Source: Trueperaceae bacterium
Lineage (GTDB): Bacteria; Deinococcota; Deinococci; Deinococcales; Trueperaceae
NCBI GenBank assembly: GCA_965215565.1
Contig: CBDCDZ010000004.1
Location: 1,792,001 to 1,856,000, forward strand
Direction: 5' to 3'
DNA length: 64,000 nt
Shown here in pieces: positions 30,168 through 42,039 of this stretch (position 1 is its first letter; each line of letters opens with the position of its first letter). The translations under genes and the position numbers were made by a program. The notes beneath the pieces were generated by a model. That model had not been told where the DNA came from, searched no databases, and saw only the letters and a program-made list of their open reading frames with translations.

Positions 30168-30277
30168 TAGCAGTATCATCTGGTCTGAGACACTCCCACT
30201 TTTGAGAACATCGTTTAGCACGCACATTCTGAGATGATATCTGCGCCCCTTTGTCTCAGTATGTTTTGGAAGTGCTA
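30168..30277 (+). repeat. Dispersed palindromic repeat copy R4 (insert-free reference form)
   Basis: TAGCAGTATCATCTGG...GAGATGATATCTGCG...GTCTCAGTATGTTTTGGAAGTGCTA; abuts murA stop. Confidence 0.9.
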
Positions 30278-31573
30278 TCAATTGAGTGGCGTTCTCGGGA
30301 TGAGTTCGGGCGCTTGCCCCCGCCTCACGCGGGCTCCCAAAGCGCGCAGCCGCGCCTCTAACCCCTCGTAGCCCCGCTCGATATAACGCACACCGGTGAT
30401 CGCCGATTCGCCCTCCGCGGCGAGCGCCGCGATGACGAGCGCGCCGCCCGCGCGGATATCCGCGGCGTGCATCTGGGTGCCCGTAAGGGTGCCGCCCTGC
30501 ACGATGAGCGTGCGGTCGCGCAGCTCAAGTTGCGCCCCCGCGCGCGTCAGTTCGCCGACGTGGGTAAAGCGGTCCGGGTAGACGCGATCTTGGAGCGTGC
30601 TAAAGCCCGGCACTGTCGCTAGGAACGCGCCGAAGGGCGCTTGCAAGTCGGTAGGAAGACCGGGGTACTCGCTCGCGACGACGTCTATGGGTCTAAGTGG
30701 ACCTGCTGCGTCAACGTGTAAAGTATGCGCGTCCAACTGCGTAACAGCGACGCCGCTCTCGCCGAGCTTGTGCGTGACGGCGCACAGATGCTCGGGGTTG
30801 ACGTTGCGCAGTGTGACTTGGCCGCGCGTCGCCGCCGCCGCGAGCATAAAGGTACCCGCCTCGATACGGTCAGGCACGGGGCGGTACGTAACGCCGCGCA
30901 GCGAGGCGACGCCTTCGATGTGAACCGTAGAGGTGCCCGCGCCGCGAATACGCGCGCCCATGGCGTTGAGCATCTGAGCGAGGTCCGCGATTTCGGGTTC
31001 CAACGCGGCGTTCTCAATCGTGACGTGACCTTCGCCCAAGGCGCTCGCTAAGATGATGTTCTGCGTACCGCCGACAGTAGGCACCTCAAAGACCGCTCTC
31101 CCCGCCAAGGCACCCGAACGCCGCACCTGAAAGTCGCCGCCCGCTTCGCCTATCTCCGCGCCTATTTGCCGAAAGGCCTTGATGTGCCGGTCCACGGGGC
31201 GCGGACCGAAGGCGCAGCCACCCGGCATGGAGATGTTCGCTTCGCCGCAGCGCCCTAAAAGCGCGCCCATCGCTACGAAGCTCGCCCGCAGTTGGCTGAC
31301 CAGCGCGTAGGGCGCGTCGCAGGTGAAAATTTCAGACGCTTCGATATGGAGGTCACGCCCGTGCCAGCGCGCTACCGCGCCGAAGTGCTCCAACATCTCG
31401 CACAAGATAAGGATGTCGCTCAGCTTAGGGATATTCTCTAACACGACTTTCTCACGGGTGAGGAGTGAACCCATCATCAAGTAGAGAACGGAGTTTTTGG
31501 CGGCGTGAATGTGCACTTCGCCGCGTAAAGGCGTGCCGCCAGCGATGTAGAGCGCGTCGTGATGAAGTTCCAT
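30278..31573 (-). CDS. murA: UDP-N-acetylglucosamine 1-carboxyvinyltransferase
   Basis: AKNS, LRAS, PGGCAFGPRPVD.H, DRIEAGT, PTDLQ, DIRAG. Confidence 0.96.
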   Translation of the reverse strand: MELHHDALYIAGGTPLRGEVHIHAAKNSVLYLMMGSLLTREKVVLENIPKLSDILILCEMLEHFGAVARWHGRDLHIEASEIFTCDAPYALVSQLRASFVAMGALLGRCGEANISMPGGCAFGPRPVDRHIKAFRQIGAEIGEAGGDFQVRRSGALAGRAVFEVPTVGGTQNIILASALGEGHVTIENAALEPEIADLAQMLNAMGARIRGAGTSTVHIEGVASLRGVTYRPVPDRIEAGTFMLAAAATRGQVTLRNVNPEHLCAVTHKLGESGVAVTQLDAHTLHVDAAGPLRPIDVVASEYPGLPTDLQAPFGAFLATVPGFSTLQDRVYPDRFTHVGELTRAGAQLELRDRTLIVQGGTLTGTQMHAADIRAGGALVIAALAAEGESAITGVRYIERGYEGLEARLRALGARVRRGQAPELIPRTPLN

Positions 31574-31872
31574 AGTCGTATTCCTTGCCCCTATCTCTAT
31601 TCTCGAGCCGTAGCCCGCTTGTCAGCCTAACCTAAAATCACCCCTGAGGGGCTTATACGTCCAGGCTAACAGATTCGCCCTACTCTACAAGCGAATTACG
31701 TCACTTACACATGATACACATAAATATTCTAGGAGAAATTTTCCACATTGTCAAGTTGTGTAAGGTAGTGTATAGTAGCGTATATTGAAGCAGTTGCAAA
31801 GGACTGATGTTGGTCATTTTTCCTCTAGCGAATCCGGGGTGGCGCGGCGCGCTATCCGCATACGGGAGACCC

Positions 31873-32091
31873 ATGCCTAAACGCGAAAAGAGTAAACGAC
31901 TTCAGGTCGTGATCACTGAAAAACAAGACTCGCTCCTAACGAAAACCGCCTATCAGCTCTCCAATCCCGAGCGCCTCATCTCTAAGTCCGAAGTGGTGCG
32001 GCTAGGGATTGAAATGCTTAACCGCGCCGTCGAAGAGGGCAAGCTCGACCCTGAACTGCTCACCGCCATCGAGGAGGAGCAGGGGAGCTAG
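31873..32091 (+). CDS. Small ribbon-helix-helix-like regulator
   Basis: KRLQVVIT beta strand, ISKSEVVRLGI helix; RBS GGGAG. Confidence 0.7.
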   Translation: MPKREKSKRLQVVITEKQDSLLTKTAYQLSNPERLISKSEVVRLGIEMLNRAVEEGKLDPELLTAIEEEQGS

Positions 32092-32300
32092 TTGTTCAGT
32101 AGTAAGTAGGTTTAGACCCATGTTCGGACGAAGTATAGAGCACTATCTAGGGCTCAAGCCAACCTCTTCAACCCTTACGTCTTCGGATCTTGCGCCGACT
32201 CGAAGAGGTAAACCTGCCGAATTCCTACTTATGTTGCGCATTGTACGTTTTACTGTACATCTAGTCATCTAAACCTCTTGTCAACAAAGCTTTACCCCTT

Positions 32301-34160
32301 ATGTCTATCTTTACCCCCGGCAACCTCATTGATGAACGCTACGAAATCACCGGCATCCTCGGGCAGGGGGGCACGGGTCAGGTTTACCGCGCTTATGACA
32401 GGCATCTGGACCGCGACGTCGCCCTCAAAGCGCTTCGCCCGCACCTCACCGAAGCCGACGAGGGGCGCTTCAAGCGTGAAATCAAAGCGCTCGCCAAGCT
32501 GAGCCATCCGGGAATCGTCAGCATCTACGACTTGGGGCGCGGCGAGCACGTCTACTTCGCGATGGAACTCGTCGCGGGGGGACCCTTTACGGACTTGGGA
32601 CCGCTCGAGGGCGACTTAGAACCCCTGCTCACGCTGCTGGGTGCCGCCATCTCCGTCTGTGAAGCGCTCGCTTACGTCCACCATCACGGCATGGTCCACC
32701 GTGACCTCACGCCGCGCAACATCCTCATGACGCTCCAGGGGCAGCCCAAAGTGATGGACTTTGGACTCGTACAACTCGCCGAGGCGAGTCGGCAGCTTAC
32801 GCGCACGGGTTTTACACTCGGCACGCCCCAGTACATGGCTCCCGAGCAAGCCGAAGGGGGCGTTATCGGGGCGCACACCGACCTCTACGCGCTGGGCGCG
32901 GTGCTCTACAAAACGGTGACGGGCGCGGCGCTCTTCGAGGCGGAAAGCGACCTCACGCTCCTCTATCAGCACGTTTACAGCGACTTCAGGGTGCCCACCG
33001 AGGTCAACCCGGCGGTGCCGCCGAGCTTGGGCAGGCTCATCAGCAGCCTGCTCGCTAAGGACCCCGCGCAGCGCCCCGCCTCGGGCTACCGCGTCGCCGA
33101 GGCGCTGCGCACGGTACGGGGCGAAGTGGCGCAAGGCGCGACGCGGCAGCGGCTCGGCGGACCGGGGCAACGGGGAGTGTTGAGCGGCGGTCCGCCCACG
33201 CCCAGCGCCCTGCAACGCGCCTGGCAAGTCAAGCTCGCCGAAGGTCCGCAGTGGCCCGCCGCCCTGACCGCCGCCGAAAACTTTGTGCTGCTCGGCACGC
33301 GGAGCGAAGAGGTCTACGTCTTGCACCCCGCTGACGGCGGCGTGCAGGCGCGTTTTCGCGCTGAGGACGAGGTCAATAGCCCGGTAGTCTGCAGCGGGGG
33401 GCGGCTCTACTACACGAGTCGCGGCGGGGCGCTGAGCGCGCTGCATTGGCCCAGTGGCGCGCGCGCCTGGGAGGACGAAGAGGCGGGCGCGGTGGGCATC
33501 CTTCCCTATGCTGACGACCTCTTCGTGGCGGCGGAAGGGGGCCTCGAGCGGCGCACGCACGAGGGCGAAACGCGGTGGCGTTACGACCTCGCCGGGGACG
33601 CGCCCGCTACCGCGCCAACGCTACACCACACACAGGTTTGTGTCGTCACGCACGGGGGCTGGTTGCACAGCGCCGACGCCTCTACGGGGGAAGGGAAGTT
33701 CAAGCTCGAGCTGGGGGCTATCGCCGCGCAACCTGCCGCCAAAGGCGATATTCTGCTCCTCCCCGAACGCAGCGGCGACCTGCACGCCTTTCACACCGAA
33801 CGCTTAGAGGTCCTCTGGACCTACGACATGGAGGGGCAGCTCTGGGCGTCGCCGCTTCTCTGGGGACCCTACGTCTACGCGGTTTCGTGGGCAGGCGTGA
33901 TGCGCTGCTTGTCGCTTCAGACGGGCGACGACGTGTGGGCATATGAAATCGGCGCGAAGGTCACGGCTGCGCCGATTCTAGCGGGCGGCGTGCTCTATAT
34001 CGCCACCGAAGAGGGTGAAGTGATCGCCTTGGACGCGCGGAGCGCTCAGCACCTCTTCACGGACCGCGTGAGCGCTGCGCCCATTCAGGCGAGCCCGCTG
34101 GTCATCGGAGAAACGCTCGTGGTAGCGGCGCTCGACGGGACGGTGCGGGCATACCGATAA
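32301..34160 (+). CDS. Hanks-type Ser/Thr kinase with C-terminal PQQ-like beta-propeller (RqkA-like)
   Basis: LGQGGTG.V, VALK, HRDLTPRN, DFG, GTPQYMAPE; repeated W-docking PQQ motifs; no TM. Confidence 0.9.
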   Translation: MSIFTPGNLIDERYEITGILGQGGTGQVYRAYDRHLDRDVALKALRPHLTEADEGRFKREIKALAKLSHPGIVSIYDLGRGEHVYFAMELVAGGPFTDLGPLEGDLEPLLTLLGAAISVCEALAYVHHHGMVHRDLTPRNILMTLQGQPKVMDFGLVQLAEASRQLTRTGFTLGTPQYMAPEQAEGGVIGAHTDLYALGAVLYKTVTGAALFEAESDLTLLYQHVYSDFRVPTEVNPAVPPSLGRLISSLLAKDPAQRPASGYRVAEALRTVRGEVAQGATRQRLGGPGQRGVLSGGPPTPSALQRAWQVKLAEGPQWPAALTAAENFVLLGTRSEEVYVLHPADGGVQARFRAEDEVNSPVVCSGGRLYYTSRGGALSALHWPSGARAWEDEEAGAVGILPYADDLFVAAEGGLERRTHEGETRWRYDLAGDAPATAPTLHHTQVCVVTHGGWLHSADASTGEGKFKLELGAIAAQPAAKGDILLLPERSGDLHAFHTERLEVLWTYDMEGQLWASPLLWGPYVYAVSWAGVMRCLSLQTGDDVWAYEIGAKVTAAPILAGGVLYIATEEGEVIALDARSAQHLFTDRVSAAPIQASPLVIGETLVVAALDGTVRAYR

Positions 34161-34179
34161 AGGGCGAGGTCACTTCTAT

Positions 34180-34376
34180 TAGCAGGTATCATCTGGTTTG
34201 AGTGAACGAAGTTATGCGAAGCAACGCGCTCACTTGATGAAACGACGTTTCGCTTTGCGAAAAGTGCCTAACTAGCACGCACATTCGATGATGAAATCCC
34301 GCAACGCTGCCCGTAACGCTAGTCCTTGCGGACAGAGACCTGCGCTTATCCGTCTCAGTATGTCTTGGAACTGCTA
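34180..34376 (+). repeat. Dispersed palindromic repeat copy R5 (three inserts)
   Basis: TAGCAGGTATCATCTGG...GTCTCAGTATGTCTTGGAACTGCTA. Confidence 0.9.
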
Positions 34377-34444
34377 TATACCACCGCGCTCAGTGGCCGT
34401 AAACCCCCTCCACACTGCTATCCCCCTCGTGATAGCGTTGAGGG

Positions 34445-34705
34445 ATGAACCACGTTTTTGTCTGCTTCGGTAAAAGCTGCGTTAAGCGCGGCGCAAGGGA
34501 TGTCGCACAGACCTTACGCGCCGAGTTCGAGCGTGAAGGTGTCCCTGCCGAGGTGCACCGCCACACCTGCTTCGACCTCTGTAAGATGTCCTGTAACGCG
34601 CTGCTCGATCACGGCGAGCGGCGCATCTATACGAATATCCATCCCAAAACCGCCGATAAAGTAGCGGCGAAGATAGTCGAGGGATTAGAAGAAGTTGCCG
34701 CTTAA
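34445..34705 (+). CDS. Thioredoxin-like [2Fe-2S] ferredoxin
   Basis: HVFVCFGKSC...CFDLC. Confidence 0.8.
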   Translation: MNHVFVCFGKSCVKRGARDVAQTLRAEFEREGVPAEVHRHTCFDLCKMSCNALLDHGERRIYTNIHPKTADKVAAKIVEGLEEVAA

Positions 34706-34877
34706 CACAGGTCTCAACTCGAGGAGAGCGAGTCTTCATCCACTGCCATATAAAAGACGCCTTGATGGTTATGGGTATTGATGATCAAGTAGTACCGAGG
34801 CAACTAGAGGACAGCACACCTTTCTTCGTGAAACGGCGTGCCGTCCTCTAAGCGAGAGCTTTAGTGAAAAATTGGCA

Positions 34878-34908
34878 AAAAAAGGGCGCTGCGACTGCAG
34901 CGCCCCTT
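34878..34908 (-). terminator. Intrinsic terminator of fasciclin gene
   Basis: GGGCGCTGC/GCAGCGCCC stem with adjacent A-run. Confidence 0.7.
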
Positions 34909-34927
34909 AAAGTTGAGTCGGCGGTGT

Positions 34928-35593
34928 TTAGTTACTACCACCTGTGGAGCCGCCTGTGCTACCTCCCGTAGAGGAACCACCCGTAGAGCCGCCCGTGCTC
35001 GAGGGCAAAAGCACCGTATCGATCACGTGGATAACCCCGTTCGAAGCTTCGATATCGGTTGAAGTGATGGTTGCGTCGCCGATCATGGGGCTGCTGCCGG
35101 AGGTGCTGATGGGCAGCTCCTGACCGTTGAGCATCAAGACTTCGGAAAAACCTGTGATCTCCGAGGCGGGATATTCGCCCGAAACCACGTGATTTTGGAG
35201 CAGGTTAGCGAGCTGGTCCAAGTCGCCGAGAATGGCGTTGAGTTCATCCGAGGGAAGCGCTTCGAAGGCTTCATTGGTAGGCGCGAAAACGGTGAAGGGA
35301 CCGCCGCTCGAAAACTCTTCGGTCAAGCCTGCCGCGTTGAGCGCGTCTAAGAGCGTGCTGAACTGCGAGTCGCCCGAAACGATATCGGCGATGCTCTGGC
35401 CCGACTGTGAACCGCCGGTTTCGCCACCTGTAGACGAGCCGCCCGTCGAGCTACCGCTCATGCCGCCGGTTTCGCCGCCTGTCATACCGCCGCCTGTTTC
35501 GGACATACCGCCCGTCATGCCGCCCGTATCTTGCGCGAGCGCCAAGCCCAGCGTTAGCGCGAGTCCTGAGAGTAAAATAGCTAGTTTTTTCAT
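34928..35593 (-). CDS. Secreted fasciclin (FAS1) domain protein
   Basis: Signal peptide, FTVFAPTNEAF, NGVIHVIDTVL, TGG-rich repeats. Confidence 0.92.
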   Translation of the reverse strand: MKKLAILLSGLALTLGLALAQDTGGMTGGMSETGGGMTGGETGGMSGSSTGGSSTGGETGGSQSGQSIADIVSGDSQFSTLLDALNAAGLTEEFSSGGPFTVFAPTNEAFEALPSDELNAILGDLDQLANLLQNHVVSGEYPASEITGFSEVLMLNGQELPISTSGSSPMIGDATITSTDIEASNGVIHVIDTVLLPSSTGGSTGGSSTGGSTGGSTGGSN

Positions 35594-36147
35594 GTTGTCT
35601 CCTAGTATTGACGCGCTAGCTTAGTGGTTTGACGATGCTGAGACCCTAGCGCGAAGAGGTCCCCCCGTAGCTTTTCCACTATGTACCATACCGGCACATG
35701 TGTGAATTATTTTATAGAAAAGATGAGAACTATGATGCGCGGCTCACAATTTCGTGTTTAATCTAACATTGACAGGGACAACTTCAGCCCCTCGTGAGCC
35801 ACACGTAGTAGGGAGAAGAGGCGGCCAAAACGGCGTTTGCCGAAGCTCGAGCGTGCGTAGAGAACTCGCGAAATGGCAGAAGCAAGTTAATGAAAATGCA
35901 CCGCGAAACTCAAGTGTTCGAGAAGGGTCATTCGGCTCGAGCCTACTCGGTTCAGTCTGTTTGGGCGGCCTAACCTCACCAAGTTAGCGAGTTAGCAGGA
36001 ACGCGGTGATGCAACCTTTCGCAAAGACACCAACGCGAACCATGCGACTTCACGCCGCTACAGCGTCACTCATTGCTGCTACCACTGGCTGAAGACTCTT
36101 CGCTTGAGGTCAACGCGACACCTTCACACTTGCTTTGGAAACGGTAT

Positions 36148-36960
36148 TTACGCCTCGCTCTTATCCTGACTCACAACCGGGCTCAGATGCGCCTGAATCC
36201 GCTTTACCAAGTCCCTCGGGTTAAAAGGTTTTTCGATAAAGGCTTGCGCGCCTAGCTTCATGCCCCGTTCGATCTGCTCTTCGCGGCGCAACGACGAGAG
36301 GATGAAAACGGGCACGTCGGAGCGCTCGCGGATGAGTTGCAACAGCTCGAAGCCCGTGCCACCCGGCAAATTCACGTCTAAAAGGACGAGGTTCATCTGG
36401 TCCAAATGCTTGGTGATGAGCGAGCGTGCTTGCGGCACGTTTTCGGCGCTCCGAACGAAGTAGCCCTGCCGCCCCAGAATATCGCCGATAAGTCCGCGCA
36501 GGGCAGCACTGTCCTCAACAATGAGCACATTCGGGCGCGCGTCTTGCTGACCGTGCATGGTGATATCGGTGCGCGTGGCTTTGGGCGGCTCCTTGATAAG
36601 CGAGCGCACCGCGCCCAACAGCTCTTTGCTGCCGAAAGGCTTGCTCAGCACCTCGTCGAGGCGAACGTCCGAGTCGTCGAGCGCGCGCTGCTCGTTGCGC
36701 GTCGCTAGCATTAAGATAGGCACGTTCTCTAAGCGCGGCACGCGGCGCATCCGCCCCGCCACCTCTAAGCCGCTAATATGCGGCATTGTCGCCCCTAAAA
36801 TAACAAGCTCCGGGGTGCTCTGCTGCAAGTGCGAGAGCGCTTCGTGACCGTTCCTAGCGAGGGTGACGGTGTAGTCTCTCGAGATAAGCACGATCTCGAC
36901 AAGGTCGAGAATCTTGGGATCGTGTTCAGCCACGAGCACGGTGGGATTCTCTGCCATCAC
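36148..36960 (-). CDS. Tandem receiver-domain response regulator
   Basis: Two REC domains, no output domain. Confidence 0.85.
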   Translation of the reverse strand: MMAENPTVLVAEHDPKILDLVEIVLISRDYTVTLARNGHEALSHLQQSTPELVILGATMPHISGLEVAGRMRRVPRLENVPILMLATRNEQRALDDSDVRLDEVLSKPFGSKELLGAVRSLIKEPPKATRTDITMHGQQDARPNVLIVEDSAALRGLIGDILGRQGYFVRSAENVPQARSLITKHLDQMNLVLLDVNLPGGTGFELLQLIRERSDVPVFILSSLRREEQIERGMKLGAQAFIEKPFNPRDLVKRIQAHLSPVVSQDKSEA

Positions 36961-37324
36961 GTTACCCGGACGAGGGAAAATGTGACCGAGAGGGTAGAGA
37001 AAAGAGCCATACGTGCTAGTTTACCGCACCTTGGGAAAATTAAGCCGAGATGTGAAGTTCATAGCATTTCCGCGTCACGCTGAGACGAGTCGGCGCGAGC
37101 GACGGCACCATTGCACGAAGTGAAGTCACGTGGTTCGCGCTAGCACCTCCAAGGTTGTGTTTCGCAAAGGCGAAAACTTCATAACACTGCGTTCTCACTA
37201 GCTGCCGAGGGCTTTTTGCTCAGCAAAAGCGTGAGCTGGGAAGCTTCCCGTCTCCCCTTTCGCAGGGGGTCTATTGTGCGCGTAGTACGCACGTGGGGGG
37301 CAAAGATGAGGATATAGTAGAGCG

Positions 37325-37924
37325 ATGAGCCCACCTCTTGGCTACGGGCGCGTCATCCTCAAGCCACTCGCTGAGCTGGAGCAGAGCGCTTGGCGGCGCG
37401 TTTATGAACACTTCCGCGACCCCGAGATCGCGCACCTAAACGGTACCCCGCCGAGCCGGATGCCCCTCTGGTTACTTAAACGCATCCTCAAGGCGGACAG
37501 CCGCCGCAGTGACCGCGCGACGTTTGGCATCTTCGACGTGTCGGGTGATGTGTCAGGCGCGGACGATGAAGTTTATATCGGTACGATTGAGCTTTACGAC
37601 ATTAAGCGCACCGAGGCGACGCTAGGTATCATCATTGGGGAGAGGACGCACTGGGGCAAGGGCTTCGGTCCCGAGGCGGTTCGGGCGCTTTTACAGTACG
37701 CCTTTGAGGAGCTTTGTTTAGAGCGCGTGACGCTCAGTACGTTTGAGGACAACCCGAGGGCGCAGAGCGCCTTTAAGAAGGTGGGCTTCGTGGAGCGTCG
37801 GCGCGTGCCCGCCGGAAAAGGGCGTACGGACGTGCAGATGGAACTAAGGAGGGGGCGCTGGTTAGCGGAACAGCGTGCAAGTTTGGAAGAGGTAGGTTCA
37901 GAAGAAGCTGAGGCGAGTCGGTAG
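37325..37924 (+). CDS. GNAT acetyltransferase (RimJ/RimL type)
   Basis: WGKGFGPEA, N.RA..AF.KVGF; TATAGT-6-ATG. Confidence 0.85.
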   Translation: MSPPLGYGRVILKPLAELEQSAWRRVYEHFRDPEIAHLNGTPPSRMPLWLLKRILKADSRRSDRATFGIFDVSGDVSGADDEVYIGTIELYDIKRTEATLGIIIGERTHWGKGFGPEAVRALLQYAFEELCLERVTLSTFEDNPRAQSAFKKVGFVERRRVPAGKGRTDVQMELRRGRWLAEQRASLEEVGSEEAEASR

Positions 37925-38058
37925 CTTGTGGGTAGCAATGCGTTCCGAGCAGCGAGCAAAAACCTTTAGGCTCGCTACTCGCTGCTTTCAACTCACAACT
38001 AAACCATCACTGTAAATCCCCGGGAGACTCCAGAGCCGCGTAAACCTTATACTAAGAC

Positions 38059-38349
38059 ATGTCCAAACGCTCGAGAAAACAGCGCAAAGCGTCGCAAGCC
38101 GAGTCGAAGGAGGCGCGCCGCGTCACGGCGGGCAAACTCTTCCGCTTGTTCCTTAAATCGCTTGTATTCGCCCTTTTAGTCGCGCTCGTCGTGATGGTGT
38201 TAGAACTCGTGGGCTTGTCGGCGACGCAGAACTTCTGGATGCAACTGCTCATCATGCTCGCGGTGTATATCCCCTTCTACCCCTTTATCATGAGCGAGTT
38301 TAGACCTCAAAGGTCAAGGAGCGCTAAAGACATCGGCGGGAGCAAGTAA
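38059..38349 (+). CDS. Small membrane protein
   Basis: Basic N-terminus, two TMs; TATACT-5-ATG. Confidence 0.7.
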   Translation: MSKRSRKQRKASQAESKEARRVTAGKLFRLFLKSLVFALLVALVVMVLELVGLSATQNFWMQLLIMLAVYIPFYPFIMSEFRPQRSRSAKDIGGSK

Positions 38350-38352
38350 ACC

Positions 38353-40236
<1,884 letters not shown>

Positions 40237-40239
40237 GGT

Positions 40240-42024
40240 TTAGCGGGGCGCAAAGAAATCCTTCACCGCCTCCGCCGCGTTACGCCCAACGCCTGGAATA
40301 TTCGCCAACTCTTCGATATCAGCGCTCTTGAGTTGGTCGACGCTCGAGAAGTGCGCCAAGAGCGCGTCTCGGCGCTTAGGTCCAATGCCCGGCACGTCGT
40401 CTAAGATGCTCTTGGTCATCGCCGCGCCGCGCTGCTTGCGGTTATAGCCGACAGCGGTGCGGTGCGCCTCGTCGCGGATATTGATGAGCATACGCAGGGC
40501 GGGGTGCGTTTCGGGCACGAGGATGGGTCCGGCCCCCTCGCGGATGATGGTCTCTTGCTTCTTGGCGAGCCCGAGCATAGGAATGTCGATGCCCGCCTCT
40601 TTGAGCGCCCGCCGCGCACTGGAGAGTTGCCCTTTGCCGCCGTCGATGAGCAAGAGGTCGGGCGTGGGCATTTTGTCCGCTAATGAGCCCGTGAAGCGGC
40701 GATAGATCACCTGGTGCATCGAGTAGAAGTCGTCGGGTTGCTCGAGCCCGGTGATACGCATCTTCCGGTACTCGCTCTTGCGCGAACGTCCACCCTCGAA
40801 GACGACGATAGAGGCGGTCGTGTGCGTCCCCATCAGGTTGGAGATGTCATAGCCTTCGATGCGGTAGGGGGGGTTCTCCAACTCGGCGAGTTGCTGCAAC
40901 TCCTTGACGCCAGGGGCTTCGCCGCGTTTCTCTAAGAGCGCCAACTCAGCCTCCAACCCCGTCGCCGCGTTGCGTTCCGCCATCGCCATGAGTTCTAACT
41001 TGTCGCCGCGTTGTGGCAAGCGCAACTCCACCCTCTTCCCTGCTCGTTCGCTTAGGAATGTCTGCCAGATGTCCATATCGACTTCATTGGGAATGAGGAT
41101 GAGGGGCGGAAGGCGCATCGCTTGAGCATAGTAGTCCGCCATGAAGCGCTCTAAGATTTCAGCGGGGGTCGCGTCGTCGGCGTTGGTCAAAAAGCGCTTG
41201 TCGCGCCCGACCACGCGCCCGCGACGCATTTGAAAAAGCTGCACCATCGCGTAGTTACCCGCTTGGGTCAAACCTAAGAAGTCCAAGTCGTCATCCGTTG
41301 CGCGAGCAACGTCCGAGTCATAGCCCGTGAGCCGCTGAAGCGCCTGGATGCGGTCGCGGTAGATTTTGGCGAGTTCGAAGTCCTGCCTCTGCGCCGCCTC
41401 GCGCATCTCCGTTTTGAGTTGCTCGGCGGTCTCCGCGACGTTGCCCTCCAAGAATGTTTTGACCTGTTTGACAACTTTCGCGTACTCCTCGGGCGTCGTC
41501 TCGCCGACGCAGGGTGCTAAGCAGCGGCCCATGTGAAAGCGCAAACAGGGCTTTTTGCGCCGCTTCATCGGGTAGCCGCTGTTCTGCCGCAGGGGAAAGA
41601 CCGACGCTACGAGGTCTTGTACACGTCGCACCGAGCCGGGGTTGGGGTAGGGTCCGAAATAGGTCGCACCGTCCTTGAAGACGCGCCGCGTGAACATGAG
41701 CATTGGGTACGCTTCATTGGTGAGTTTCAAAAAGGGGTAGCTCTTGTCGTCCTTTAAGAGCACGTTGAAGTGCGGCTTGTAGCGCTTGATGAGGTTGGCT
41801 TCTAGGATAAGCGCCTCAACTTCACTCTTGGTGACGATAAACTCTAAGCGCTCTGCCCCTTCACGAATCAGCCGCGCTTTTTTCTCCGCTGCTTGGTTGA
41901 AATAGCTCCGCACGCGGCTGCGCAAGTTGATAGCTTTGCCGACGTAGATGACTTCATCGTCGCTCGAGTGATAGAGGTAGCAGCCAGGTTGCGTAGGGAG
42001 TACGGGAAGGTCGTCTGCGGTCAT
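40240..42024 (-). CDS. uvrC: Excinuclease ABC subunit C
   Basis: GIY-YIG (PGCY..IYVGKA), IEGYDISN, LIDGGKGQ, HhH. Confidence 0.97.
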   Translation of the reverse strand: MTADDLPVLPTQPGCYLYHSSDDEVIYVGKAINLRSRVRSYFNQAAEKKARLIREGAERLEFIVTKSEVEALILEANLIKRYKPHFNVLLKDDKSYPFLKLTNEAYPMLMFTRRVFKDGATYFGPYPNPGSVRRVQDLVASVFPLRQNSGYPMKRRKKPCLRFHMGRCLAPCVGETTPEEYAKVVKQVKTFLEGNVAETAEQLKTEMREAAQRQDFELAKIYRDRIQALQRLTGYDSDVARATDDDLDFLGLTQAGNYAMVQLFQMRRGRVVGRDKRFLTNADDATPAEILERFMADYYAQAMRLPPLILIPNEVDMDIWQTFLSERAGKRVELRLPQRGDKLELMAMAERNAATGLEAELALLEKRGEAPGVKELQQLAELENPPYRIEGYDISNLMGTHTTASIVVFEGGRSRKSEYRKMRITGLEQPDDFYSMHQVIYRRFTGSLADKMPTPDLLLIDGGKGQLSSARRALKEAGIDIPMLGLAKKQETIIREGAGPILVPETHPALRMLINIRDEAHRTAVGYNRKQRGAAMTKSILDDVPGIGPKRRDALLAHFSSVDQLKSADIEELANIPGVGRNAAEAVKDFFAPR

Positions 42025-42039
42025 GCGATCCTTATTATA

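Noticed and set aside
32616..33560. Long antisense/alternate-frame ORFs (also 11895..12551, 15586..16227, 53205..53933, 61427..62101)
   Set aside because: Shadows of well-supported genes in GC-rich DNA, with no motifs.
34928..35530. Short DNA repeats in the fasciclin gene
   Set aside because: Explained by Gly/Ser/Thr low-complexity linkers.
35594..36147. Possible ncRNA or small ORF in 550-bp spacer
   Set aside because: No recognisable structure, RBS or motif that I can support.
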